From NCBI GenBank assembly GCA_943788045.1, contig CALSOT010000005.1, forward strand, positions 12,789 to 76,788: 64,000 nucleotides of DNA, written 5' to 3'. The translations under genes and the position numbers were made by a program. Below are positions 29,502-38,063 of this stretch, one piece after another; the stretch's first letter is position 1; the number at the start of each line of letters is the position of its first letter. The notes under the pieces were generated by a model, which worked only from the letters and a program-made list of their open reading frames with translations, was not told the origin of the DNA and searched no databases. Origin of the DNA: an uncultured Polaribacter sp. Its GTDB lineage: Bacteria; Bacteroidota; Bacteroidia; Flavobacteriales; Flavobacteriaceae.

Positions 29502-30413
29502 ATGAAACTATGTATCAGCTTTTGTATGTGTGTTTTTATCTGGGGAAATGCCCAAGACAAAATAGTTCTTTATCCGGAGGGCATTCCATGTAACAGCAGT
29601 GAAACGACTATTGAACCAGTAAGAATAAAAAAAATAAACCACCAAATAGCTAACCCTCAATTGTGGTATTATGCAGTAGCCGTTTCTAAAAAGGAAGTTC
29701 CTGCAATTCTGGTAATTCCAGGAGGTGGCTACAAAAACTTGGCTTTTGAACACGAGGGCATTAAGGTAGCAAAATGGTTAAATCAAATAGGTATTAGTGC
29801 ATTTGTACTAATGTATCGAAGCCCATATTGGGAGCCTAAACCCTGTAAAAGTAAAGTTGCTTTGTTAGATGCGCAGCGTGCTATGCGTGTAATTCGTCAA
29901 AGGGCAAGCCAATGGAATATAGAGGCGTCTAAAATTGGTGTCATGGGATTTTCAGCGGGCGGACATCTAGCAGCATCACTTTCTACTCAGTTTGATCTTG
30001 GTAAAGCAGCTAAAGAAAACCAACTCGAAAAATTAAGTTCTCGCCCCAATTTTAGTATACTCATATATCCTGTTATTAGTATGCGAAAGGAGCTCACCCA
30101 TATGGGTTCTCGAAAGAGTCTATTGGGGGGGAATCCAACCAAAGACCAAATAATTCTTTATTCAAATGAGTTACAAGTCAAATCGGACACACCTACAACA
30201 ATACTGATTCACGCCAAGGACGATAGTGTAGTCATCCCCAAAAATAGTATACTCTACCACGAGGCGTTACAGGAAAATAAAATTCCTTCAACACTTCACC
30301 TTATGGAGCAAGGCGGTCATGGTTTTGGAATATCCTCTACAAATAAGTCAACACAATTATGGTTAGCACTTGCAAAAAATTGGTTGATTCAACTTGGTAT
30401 AATCGCTGATTAA
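29502..30413 (+). CDS. Alpha/beta-hydrolase fold esterase
   Basis: Signal peptide, oxyanion-region IPGGGY, nucleophile elbow GFSAGGHLA, later HAKDDSVV and GGHGF. Confidence 0.7.
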   Translation: MKLCISFCMCVFIWGNAQDKIVLYPEGIPCNSSETTIEPVRIKKINHQIANPQLWYYAVAVSKKEVPAILVIPGGGYKNLAFEHEGIKVAKWLNQIGISAFVLMYRSPYWEPKPCKSKVALLDAQRAMRVIRQRASQWNIEASKIGVMGFSAGGHLAASLSTQFDLGKAAKENQLEKLSSRPNFSILIYPVISMRKELTHMGSRKSLLGGNPTKDQIILYSNELQVKSDTPTTILIHAKDDSVVIPKNSILYHEALQENKIPSTLHLMEQGGHGFGISSTNKSTQLWLALAKNWLIQLGIIAD

Positions 30414-31945
30414 TCAAACTTTAGTTTACTGGTTTTCTTATAAGAATCTCCTACAATAGCTTCAAATGCTCTCATCATCTCATCTCTTTTTTCGGGCATC
30501 GTTTCTGCCAGGTTATTTTGCTGTGATGTATCATTTTCTAAATTATAAAGTTGAAATTCTTCGCCATTCCCAGTTTCTATTCCTTTAGTTAAAAACATTT
30601 TAGGGCCAGGATAAGGAGGGATTAGCACCCAATCGCCCTGACGATAGGCTGTTCTGGAAGTCGCTTCTAAAATAACATCACTTCTTCCTTTGACACTTTT
30701 TCCTAATAATAAATCCAAATGATTTTCACTATCAAGATTATCTACGGGTTGTTTAATCAGATTTGATAGTGAGGATAACCAATCCACCTGCGAAATAATT
30801 TCGGTGGTTACACCTGGTTCAATATGTCCTTTCCAATAGGTAATGAAAGGGACTCTAGTACCCGCTTCATACAAACTGTATTTTCCTCCTCTTAAATTGC
30901 CTGTAGGGGTATGATTCCCTAATTTTTCGATAGCATCGTCCTCATAGCCATCATCCAAAACCGGTCCGTTGTCACTTGATAAGAAAATTAAAGTATTTTC
31001 CATAATACCTTCTTGTTTAAGTGTTTTAATGAGTTCACCAATACACCAATCCGCTTCAGCAATTACATCGCCTCTGGGACCCATTCCTGTAGCACCCACA
31101 AAGCGCGGATGAGGTGTTCTTGGTACATGAGGTTGTTGCAATCCATAGTAGAGAAAGAACGGCTGATCTTTTTCTTTTTTAATATAAGTTTTCACCTCAT
31201 CCAGAAATATATCTGCCATATCTTCATCAATCCATCTAGCAGACTGTCCACCTTTCATATGTCCAATACGAGGAACACCATTAACGATCGTTCTGTTGTG
31301 TTGTGGGTCGCCTTTCATTTTTAATAAATGTGGAGAGTTTTCTCCAGTGGGTTCACCAGAAAAATTATTCTTATAATCGATTTCAATAGGATCCTCAGAA
31401 TCATGGTTAAAAACATACCCATTTTTTATATAAACCGTTGGTACTCTGTCTTGAGTTGCTGCCATGATATAGCTAAAGTCAAACCCAACTTGGTTGGGGC
31501 CAGGTGATATATACGAATTCCAATCCACATTACCAGTTCCAAGACCTAAATGCCACTTTCCAATAACAGCAGTTTTATAACCATGATTGCGTAACATTTT
31601 GGGAATTGTAGTTTGAGTTGTGTCTATGAGAAGTGGTGCTGTTCCTGGAAGGATTTTTGCGTCTCTATTTCGCCATGGATATTGACCTGTGAGAAGTGCA
31701 TATCTACTTGGTGTACAGGTTGCAGAAGTGGCGTAACCATTGGTGAACTTAAGACCATTATTTGCCAAGAAATCCATATTTGGCGTTTCCAATTCAGTGG
31801 CGCCATATGCACTGATATCTCCATAACCTAAATCATCTAAATAGATAAAAATGATATTAGGAGTAGAATCCACTTTAACTTTTTTTTCTTTGTGATTACA
31901 AGCACTTACCAGTACAAAAGCAATCATGATTAATAAATGTTTCAT
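30410..31945 (-). CDS. S1 (formylglycine-dependent) sulfatase
   Basis: Lipoprotein-like signal. PNIIFIYLDDLGYGD and the active-site motif SATCTPSRYALLTGQ (CxPxR). Confidence 0.85.
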   Translation of the reverse strand: MKHLLIMIAFVLVSACNHKEKKVKVDSTPNIIFIYLDDLGYGDISAYGATELETPNMDFLANNGLKFTNGYATSATCTPSRYALLTGQYPWRNRDAKILPGTAPLLIDTTQTTIPKMLRNHGYKTAVIGKWHLGLGTGNVDWNSYISPGPNQVGFDFSYIMAATQDRVPTVYIKNGYVFNHDSEDPIEIDYKNNFSGEPTGENSPHLLKMKGDPQHNRTIVNGVPRIGHMKGGQSARWIDEDMADIFLDEVKTYIKKEKDQPFFLYYGLQQPHVPRTPHPRFVGATGMGPRGDVIAEADWCIGELIKTLKQEGIMENTLIFLSSDNGPVLDDGYEDDAIEKLGNHTPTGNLRGGKYSLYEAGTRVPFITYWKGHIEPGVTTEIISQVDWLSSLSNLIKQPVDNLDSENHLDLLLGKSVKGRSDVILEATSRTAYRQGDWVLIPPYPGPKMFLTKGIETGNGEEFQLYNLENDTSQQNNLAETMPEKRDEMMRAFEAIVGDSYKKTSKLKFD

Positions 31946-31962
31946 CTTATTGTAATTTATTA

Positions 31963-33066
31963 TTAATTTTTAAGGTTAGCATTCCATTTGATGTTTTGAT
32001 CTATAAATTTAATCAAACTATTGGCCATTTGTTGATGATCTAAAATTGAAGGATGCCCTTTTGACTTATTATATGTCATATAGTGCGTGAATATTTTTTG
32101 GTCTTTCATCTTACGAACTGCCAAGCCAATAAATTCCTTCCACTTCGACCCATTTTTAACAGCATCCATACTCCCAAGAGTACAAATAATATTAGCATCA
32201 GGATAATGAGTTCGAATTTTAGAAACAAATGTTTCGTACATCTCAACAAAGTATTCATCCGTTGGGGTGTTGGAACCAAATCTTTTCTTAAACTCCTTAT
32301 GTTCTGGTAAATTAATAAGCCAAGAATCATTTTGAAATAAATTAATTATTACTATTTCTGGTTGATACATTGAAAAATCCCACTGACTTTCTAACTTAGT
32401 AGGTACTAATTTGCTGTGCAATTCATCCATAGTTAATGAGTGCCAACTTACAGCGATTCCCGTACCACTTTTACAAATACATTGATACTCTGCATCGTAA
32501 TGTCGAGCAACTAAAGCAGCGTAACTTAGGTAATTATTTGTATTCATTCCATGCGGGGAATCTGCACCTGAGGTATCTTCATTAGCATAGCCTACTGAAA
32601 TGGAATCTCCAAAAAATTCAATTTTTCGATTAGTAGATTTTGACTTGGGTAATAGTTTTGCGTGGTCATTAATTTTAAATCCATAAAATTGTGTCTTTCC
32701 TCGATTACAGTCATTTCTTTTGAATATCTCTACGCTGTGTTTTCCTTTTGTCAAATTGGAGGCCAGTGTATAAAGTTGCTTTAATGAATCGGGTTGAATA
32801 ATGGTTTCGAGTTTCTCGTCGACAATAACATTATAATAATTTTTTCCGGTTTCATCTTTTAAAATCACACTAACACGCTCTCCCTCAAAATTCATTTTTA
32901 TAGAAGTCCCTGTCCAATAAAGCTCTGCACCATCATTGTCGTTTATTTTTACTCTTCCAGAATATTCAAGCTCTGGGTTCGAGTAATTCACAAATATCTC
33001 TTTATTCTGAAAGCAACTTATAAGAAATAGTGATCCAAGCCATAAAGAGTAAGTTATACGTTTCAT
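31963..33066 (-). CDS. SGNH esterase with N-terminal beta-sandwich domain (CE2-like architecture)
   Basis: Signal peptide, a ~140-aa N-terminal domain, then IEFFGDSISVGY (GDS block) and a late DxxH-like region (ILDHQQM). Confidence 0.6.
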   Translation of the reverse strand: MKRITYSLWLGSLFLISCFQNKEIFVNYSNPELEYSGRVKINDNDGAELYWTGTSIKMNFEGERVSVILKDETGKNYYNVIVDEKLETIIQPDSLKQLYTLASNLTKGKHSVEIFKRNDCNRGKTQFYGFKINDHAKLLPKSKSTNRKIEFFGDSISVGYANEDTSGADSPHGMNTNNYLSYAALVARHYDAEYQCICKSGTGIAVSWHSLTMDELHSKLVPTKLESQWDFSMYQPEIVIINLFQNDSWLINLPEHKEFKKRFGSNTPTDEYFVEMYETFVSKIRTHYPDANIICTLGSMDAVKNGSKWKEFIGLAVRKMKDQKIFTHYMTYNKSKGHPSILDHQQMANSLIKFIDQNIKWNANLKN

Positions 33067-33452
33067 TTCTTATTTGATGTTTTCAATCCAAATAAAGCAA
33101 TATATATATAAAACACAAAGCAAAAAAACCAAAATGCTTCACTGATTGCAGCTGGATAAAACATCAGTGCACCTGAAGAATACAACCCAAGTCCTATTAA
33201 AATACCTACTTTATAGGAATACTTTCGCATAAATAGTGCTGCAGGGATTGCCATACAAAAGTAGCCTCCATAAAAGGCCATTTGAACCCATGCGGCTTGA
33301 GAATTAGATAATTCCAATACTTTTTTAAAGGCTTGTACCATGGGATCTGTAACTGCATTGGCAAAACCCCATAAAGCAAATAAAGAGGTTATTAGAATAA
33401 ATGGTATTATAACCTTTTTTGTTACTACCGGCATTGATACTGAATGTTTCAT
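33063..33452 (-). pseudogene. fucP: L-fucose:H+ symporter (FucP-type MFS) N-terminal fragment
   Basis: The 129 aa align by eye with the first ~125 residues of E. coli FucP (IIPFxLxxSLFxLWxxAN...QxAFYxGYFxxxIPAxxxMxKxSYKxGIxxGLxLY). The remaining ~300 aa are absent. The stop overlaps the start of the esterase gene. Confidence 0.75.
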
Positions 33453-33455
33453 AAT

Positions 33456-34772
33456 TTAAAATAGATTAATTTGAATGATGGTTGCTATATCATCAATTTC
33501 ATCCTCAGGAATAGAAAACTTAATCCTATTGAAATTTGTACTAAAATCAATTGATTTTTTAGATTTTAATAAAATAACAGATTCAATCTTTAGGTTCTTG
33601 TTAGGAATTTCAAATGTCTTATTGTCCGAACCTATAAAATGAATAAATATTTTATTTTTCTTCATTGTTGATACCATTGAATCTGATGGTGGAAATGGAC
33701 CTGTATCTGTTCCATAAATGGCATCTCCATTTTGTTTTAACCAATCCCCAACTTCCTTAAGAGTGACAATATGTTCGTATTGAATCTGACCATTGGGCAT
33801 TGGACCTACATTGAGTAAAAAATTACTGCCATACCCAGCTGAAATAATAAGATCTTTAATTATCCTTTTGGCAGATTTGTGTTTATTGGCCTTATATTTA
33901 AATCCCCAATAACCATTAATTGTTTCGCAAACCTCTAGAGGTAAATTAGTACTTACCTCACCATATACAGTGCCGAAACCAGTAGTGTTTTTGCCAGGGA
34001 AATCCCTTTCAAACATTTGAAAATCCTCACCCCATTTCGGACTTTGGTGATGATTATTCCCAATCAAACAACTTGGTTGTAATTGATGAATTAATTCGTA
34101 GATCTCATCATAGTGCCAATTTGCATCTTTTTTATCCCAATGTCCATCTAGCCAAATACCTGCAATTGGGCCATAATTTGTTAACAGTTCTTTTAACTGT
34201 TTTTTCATAAATTCAATATAATCTCCCCAATTACCTTCAGCCCTACCGGTAATTCCCTTGCCTGTTTTACCTCTTGGAAAATAATCATCTCGATACCAAT
34301 CTAATAAGGAATAATAAAAAAACAATTTAATTCCCTCAGATTCACAGGCCTCCGATAATTCTTTCAAAATGTCTTTTTTGTAAGGTGTTTTACTAACTAT
34401 ATTATAATCACTAGCCTTTGAATTAAACATCGAAAATCCATCATGATGTCTACTAGTAATTGTAATATATTTCATTCCCGCATTTTTTGCTGTTTTAACC
34501 CATTGATATGCATCAAACTCTGTTGGATTAAATAGTGAAGGTAATATTTCGTAAGTATCCTTTGGAATATTTTTTTTGTTCATTACCCACTCACCATCAC
34601 CCAAAATACTGTATACACCCCAATGAATAAAAAGTCCAAATCTTGCAGTCTCAAACCATTTTCGAGCTACTAAATTTTCTTCACTTGGTATATATTTTTT
34701 AATTTCATTTTGTGCAGTACTGTATAGTGAAATACATAAAGTAACGAATAAAAAAAAAGCTCTTTTGTTCAT
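33456..34772 (-). CDS. GH29 alpha-L-fucosidase, secreted
   Basis: Signal peptide. GH29 motifs ARFGLFIHWGVYS and ITSRHHDGFSMFNS. Confidence 0.85.
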   Translation of the reverse strand: MNKRAFFLFVTLCISLYSTAQNEIKKYIPSEENLVARKWFETARFGLFIHWGVYSILGDGEWVMNKKNIPKDTYEILPSLFNPTEFDAYQWVKTAKNAGMKYITITSRHHDGFSMFNSKASDYNIVSKTPYKKDILKELSEACESEGIKLFFYYSLLDWYRDDYFPRGKTGKGITGRAEGNWGDYIEFMKKQLKELLTNYGPIAGIWLDGHWDKKDANWHYDEIYELIHQLQPSCLIGNNHHQSPKWGEDFQMFERDFPGKNTTGFGTVYGEVSTNLPLEVCETINGYWGFKYKANKHKSAKRIIKDLIISAGYGSNFLLNVGPMPNGQIQYEHIVTLKEVGDWLKQNGDAIYGTDTGPFPPSDSMVSTMKKNKIFIHFIGSDNKTFEIPNKNLKIESVILLKSKKSIDFSTNFNRIKFSIPEDEIDDIATIIQINLF

Positions 34773-34790
34773 AATATGGTATCTATATGA

Positions 34791-35936
34791 CTAAATTAAG
34801 TTCTTTGTTAAATCATTTACTTCAGCACAGCTCATTTGTTCCATAACTTGCGTTAATTGAGTTTTAAGCATGGCTATGGTGTGATTTCCACCTTTTTTCC
34901 CCAAAGCCGAAACTCCATACATAAAAGTACGCCCCATAAAACTAAAGTCAGCACCGCTTGCCATGACTCGTGCTACATCGGCACCACCCCGAATACCACT
35001 ATCCATCATTACTTTGATTTTATCTTTATATAGTGGGACAATGCTATTTAAGGAATCTATTGTGGCCTGGCCTACATCTACTTGTCTTCCGCCATGATTA
35101 GATATAATAACTCCATCAAGCCCGAGTTGGTAGGCTTTTTCAACATCATGTATAGACTCTGCACCTTTCAATACTAATTTTCCTTTCCAAAGGTCTCGAA
35201 TACGCTTTATTTTATCTTCATTTAAACGACCAGAAAACGTTGCATCCATAAATTTAGCTAATTGATTTAAATTCAGGTTTTTTTGCATGTAGGGCTTTAA
35301 TATTTCAAAGCTTGGTTGTCCATTAATTAGAGTGTTTAGCGCCCAATGAGGCCGTTTCATTGCAGATAAAATGTTTGAAACTGTCATTTTTGGTGGCATC
35401 GATAAGCCGTTGCGTATATCCCGTGGGCGATAGCCAAAGGAAGGAACATCGGCCAAAATAATAAGGACAGGACAATGTGCGGCTTCTGCTCTTTTCAAGA
35501 GATCTTTTGTTACACGTTCTTCGGCAGGATGGTATAACTGGAACCATGCGCGGCCTTCTGTTATTTCGGCAATGGACTCTATACTAGCTGTTGTAACCGT
35601 ACTCAATACAAATGGAATATTGTGGTCAAATGCGGCTTTTGCTAATATTTCGGGCGACTTTGGCCACATGAGACCTTGTAACCCTACTGGTGAAATACCA
35701 AAAGGAGCGTCATATTCGTGGCCAAAAAGCTCAGTCTTTAGATTTGGAGGCGTGTAATCGACCAGGTATTTTGGCTTGAGTTCTACGTCTCTTATACGAG
35801 AAGTGTTTTTTTTCAAGTTTACATCGTTATTACATCCACCGTCTAAGTATTCAAATGCAAATTTTGGAATTTTAGCCTTGGCTCGAATTCGTAAATCATC
35901 AACTGAAGGATACTTGTAATTTATTTGTTGTTTCAT
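34791..35936 (-). CDS. FMN-dependent alpha-hydroxy-acid dehydrogenase (L-lactate dehydrogenase-like)
   Basis: Family motifs VLKG...ISNHGGRQVD and DSGIRGGADV. About 380 aa, as for LldD/glycolate oxidase family members. Confidence 0.8.
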   Translation of the reverse strand: MKQQINYKYPSVDDLRIRAKAKIPKFAFEYLDGGCNNDVNLKKNTSRIRDVELKPKYLVDYTPPNLKTELFGHEYDAPFGISPVGLQGLMWPKSPEILAKAAFDHNIPFVLSTVTTASIESIAEITEGRAWFQLYHPAEERVTKDLLKRAEAAHCPVLIILADVPSFGYRPRDIRNGLSMPPKMTVSNILSAMKRPHWALNTLINGQPSFEILKPYMQKNLNLNQLAKFMDATFSGRLNEDKIKRIRDLWKGKLVLKGAESIHDVEKAYQLGLDGVIISNHGGRQVDVGQATIDSLNSIVPLYKDKIKVMMDSGIRGGADVARVMASGADFSFMGRTFMYGVSALGKKGGNHTIAMLKTQLTQVMEQMSCAEVNDLTKNLI

Positions 35937-35942
35937 ATGTTT

Positions 35943-36410
35943 CTATGCATTTAAATCATAAATTTTGTCCATCAAAACCCATTTCTCGTTTGGATTAATG
36001 TTGGGAAGCGCTTGTTGGAAACTCCACATCAATGCTTCCCAATTCCATATTGTACATCCTTTCTTAGCAAATAGTCATCATTTTCTGCATGAACGATATG
36101 ACGAACCCCTTTAAACAGAGAGTTAGATGCATAATATTCAAGACGCTCTTCTAAATTGTTGGACGTGAGATCTACCCAGCCTACCACGCCCTTTATAAAC
36201 GGGTTTTTATCGGCACATTGCAACAGAAATTCTGTTTCGGTCAGATTGGTCAGCTTGAACTGCTATGCAGCCATCAATAGTATTGGCTTTTATAATCGGC
36301 AAGAAATCTTTGGGAAGAAAATCCTTTCTAATGGCATGCATAGAAGTATCTATCCATGCATCTCTCACTGGATCATAATTCCAAAAATATTGATGACTAT
36401 CTATGATCAT
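35943..36410 (-). pseudogene. Amidohydrolase_2-family lactonase (L-fucono-1,5-lactonase-like) remnant
   Basis: The N-terminus MIIDSHQYFWNYDP..IAVQADQS shifts frame near 36225-36245 into ETEFLLQCADKNPFIKGVVGWVDL...GVRHIVHAENDDYLL. It then stops at 36029. A short third-frame tail follows (..NPNEKWVLMDKIYDLNA*). Only ~470 bp remain, versus the ~870 bp I expect for this family. Confidence 0.7.
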
Positions 36411-37261
36411 TTATATGATTTACATACTTGGCGGGAAACACCTAAATGTTCAATCCCTAATTCAACAATATCACCATTCTTTAAGTATTTTGGGGGTGTT
36501 AATCCAAGCCCAACACCAAAAGGGGTGCCCGTAGAAATAACATCGCCAGGGAGTAAAGTCATAAACTGACTAATATAACTCACTACATGCTGAATATTAA
36601 AAATAAAGTCTGAGGTACTGCTATTTTGCATAATTTCGCCATTGAGTTTCAACCAAAGATTTAAATTATTGGGGTCTGTAATTTCATCTTTTGTTGCAAT
36701 AAAAGGACCAAGGGGAGCAAAAGTATCACAGCTTTTTCCTTTAACCCATTGTCCTGAACGTTCTATTTGAAAGGCACGTTCACTTACATCATTATGTAAA
36801 ACATAACCAGCTATATGATTCATGGCGTTTTTTTCACTTACATAGGAAGCTTTCTTTCCAATTACAACAGCGAGTTCAACTTCCCAATCTGTCTTGGTGC
36901 TATTTTTAGGAATTATAATATCATCAAAGGGTCCTACAATAGCAGAAGTTGCTTTAAAAAAGAGTACAGGTTCTTGAGGGACATCCATTCCACTTTCGGC
37001 AGCGTGTTTGGCATAGTTAAGTCCAACACAAACAACTTTAGAGGGTCGTGCAAGTGGTGCACCTAATCGGATTGTATCTTCCACAATTGGACATAAATCT
37101 TGATTTTTATTTAACCAATTTTGTAGTTTTTCTATTCCCTCATTACCAAAAAAATCTTCATTGTAGTCAGATACAAATGCAGATACATCTAACTTCGTTC
37201 CATTGGGCAACAAAACCCCTGGTTTTTCTTTATTAATAGTTCCAAATCTAATAAGTTTCAT
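36407..37261 (-). CDS. Fumarylacetoacetate hydrolase-family enzyme (candidate 2,4-diketo-3-deoxy-L-fuconate hydrolase)
   Basis: FAH-family motifs KVVCVGLNYAKHAAESG and GDVISTGTPFGVG. The specific function is inferred from context. Confidence 0.7.
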   Translation of the reverse strand: MKLIRFGTINKEKPGVLLPNGTKLDVSAFVSDYNEDFFGNEGIEKLQNWLNKNQDLCPIVEDTIRLGAPLARPSKVVCVGLNYAKHAAESGMDVPQEPVLFFKATSAIVGPFDDIIIPKNSTKTDWEVELAVVIGKKASYVSEKNAMNHIAGYVLHNDVSERAFQIERSGQWVKGKSCDTFAPLGPFIATKDEITDPNNLNLWLKLNGEIMQNSSTSDFIFNIQHVVSYISQFMTLLPGDVISTGTPFGVGLGLTPPKYLKNGDIVELGIEHLGVSRQVCKSYK

Positions 37262-37267
37262 TTATTT

Positions 37268-38053
37268 TTATTTTGAGTTAAGTGTGACATAGCCGCCATC
37301 AATTCCATAGTTAGAGCCTGTAATAAAGCTAGATTCGTTAGAACACAAGAATAATGCTAAATCTGCTATTTCTTGTGGAATTCCCATCCGACCAATAGGT
37401 TGGGTTTTTGATAAATTTTCAAACATTTCCGATTCTTTTCCTGGATAGTTTTCTTTAATAAAGCCATCAACAAATGGCGTGTGCACTCTAGCCGGAGAAA
37501 TACAGTTACAACGAATATTGTGGTTAATATAATCCTTTGCTATAGAATAGGTCATTGTTAATACCGCTCCTTTTGTCATAGAATAGGCAAAACGATCTGA
37601 AAGACCAACAGAAGAGGCAATGGACGCTAGGTTTAAAATCACTCCGCTATTTTGAGTTTTCATTAATGAAATACAAGCTTTCGTACAATTGAAAACCCCT
37701 TTGATGTTTATATTGTATAATCTATCTAAATCTTCCTCCTTACAGGTTTCAATATTTCCCACATGCGCTATGCCTGCGTTATTAACTAAAATATCGACTG
37801 AGGTATGAGATGATATATTTGAAATTATATCTGAAACTTGTTGAAAATTTGCGACATCGCAGTAATAGGCAGTAGCTAAAAAACCCTTCGTCTTAATGGC
37901 TTGAACGACTTCTGAGGCAGATTGTAAATCATAATCTAAAATATGTACATGAGCTCCTTGTTGAGAAAATGTTTCAGCAATGGCTTTGCCTATACCGCCA
38001 CCGCCTCCTGTAATGATGGCGCTTTTATTCTTTAAAGAAAATTTTGTTTTCAT
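37268..38053 (-). CDS. Short-chain dehydrogenase/reductase (candidate 2-keto-3-deoxy-L-fuconate dehydrogenase)
   Basis: TGGGGGIGKAIA cofactor motif, NNAGI, catalytic YSMTKGAV (YxxxK). The specific function is inferred from context. Confidence 0.7.
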   Translation of the reverse strand: MKTKFSLKNKSAIITGGGGGIGKAIAETFSQQGAHVHILDYDLQSASEVVQAIKTKGFLATAYYCDVANFQQVSDIISNISSHTSVDILVNNAGIAHVGNIETCKEEDLDRLYNINIKGVFNCTKACISLMKTQNSGVILNLASIASSVGLSDRFAYSMTKGAVLTMTYSIAKDYINHNIRCNCISPARVHTPFVDGFIKENYPGKESEMFENLSKTQPIGRMGIPQEIADLALFLCSNESSFITGSNYGIDGGYVTLNSK

Positions 38054-38063
38054 ATATCTAAAT

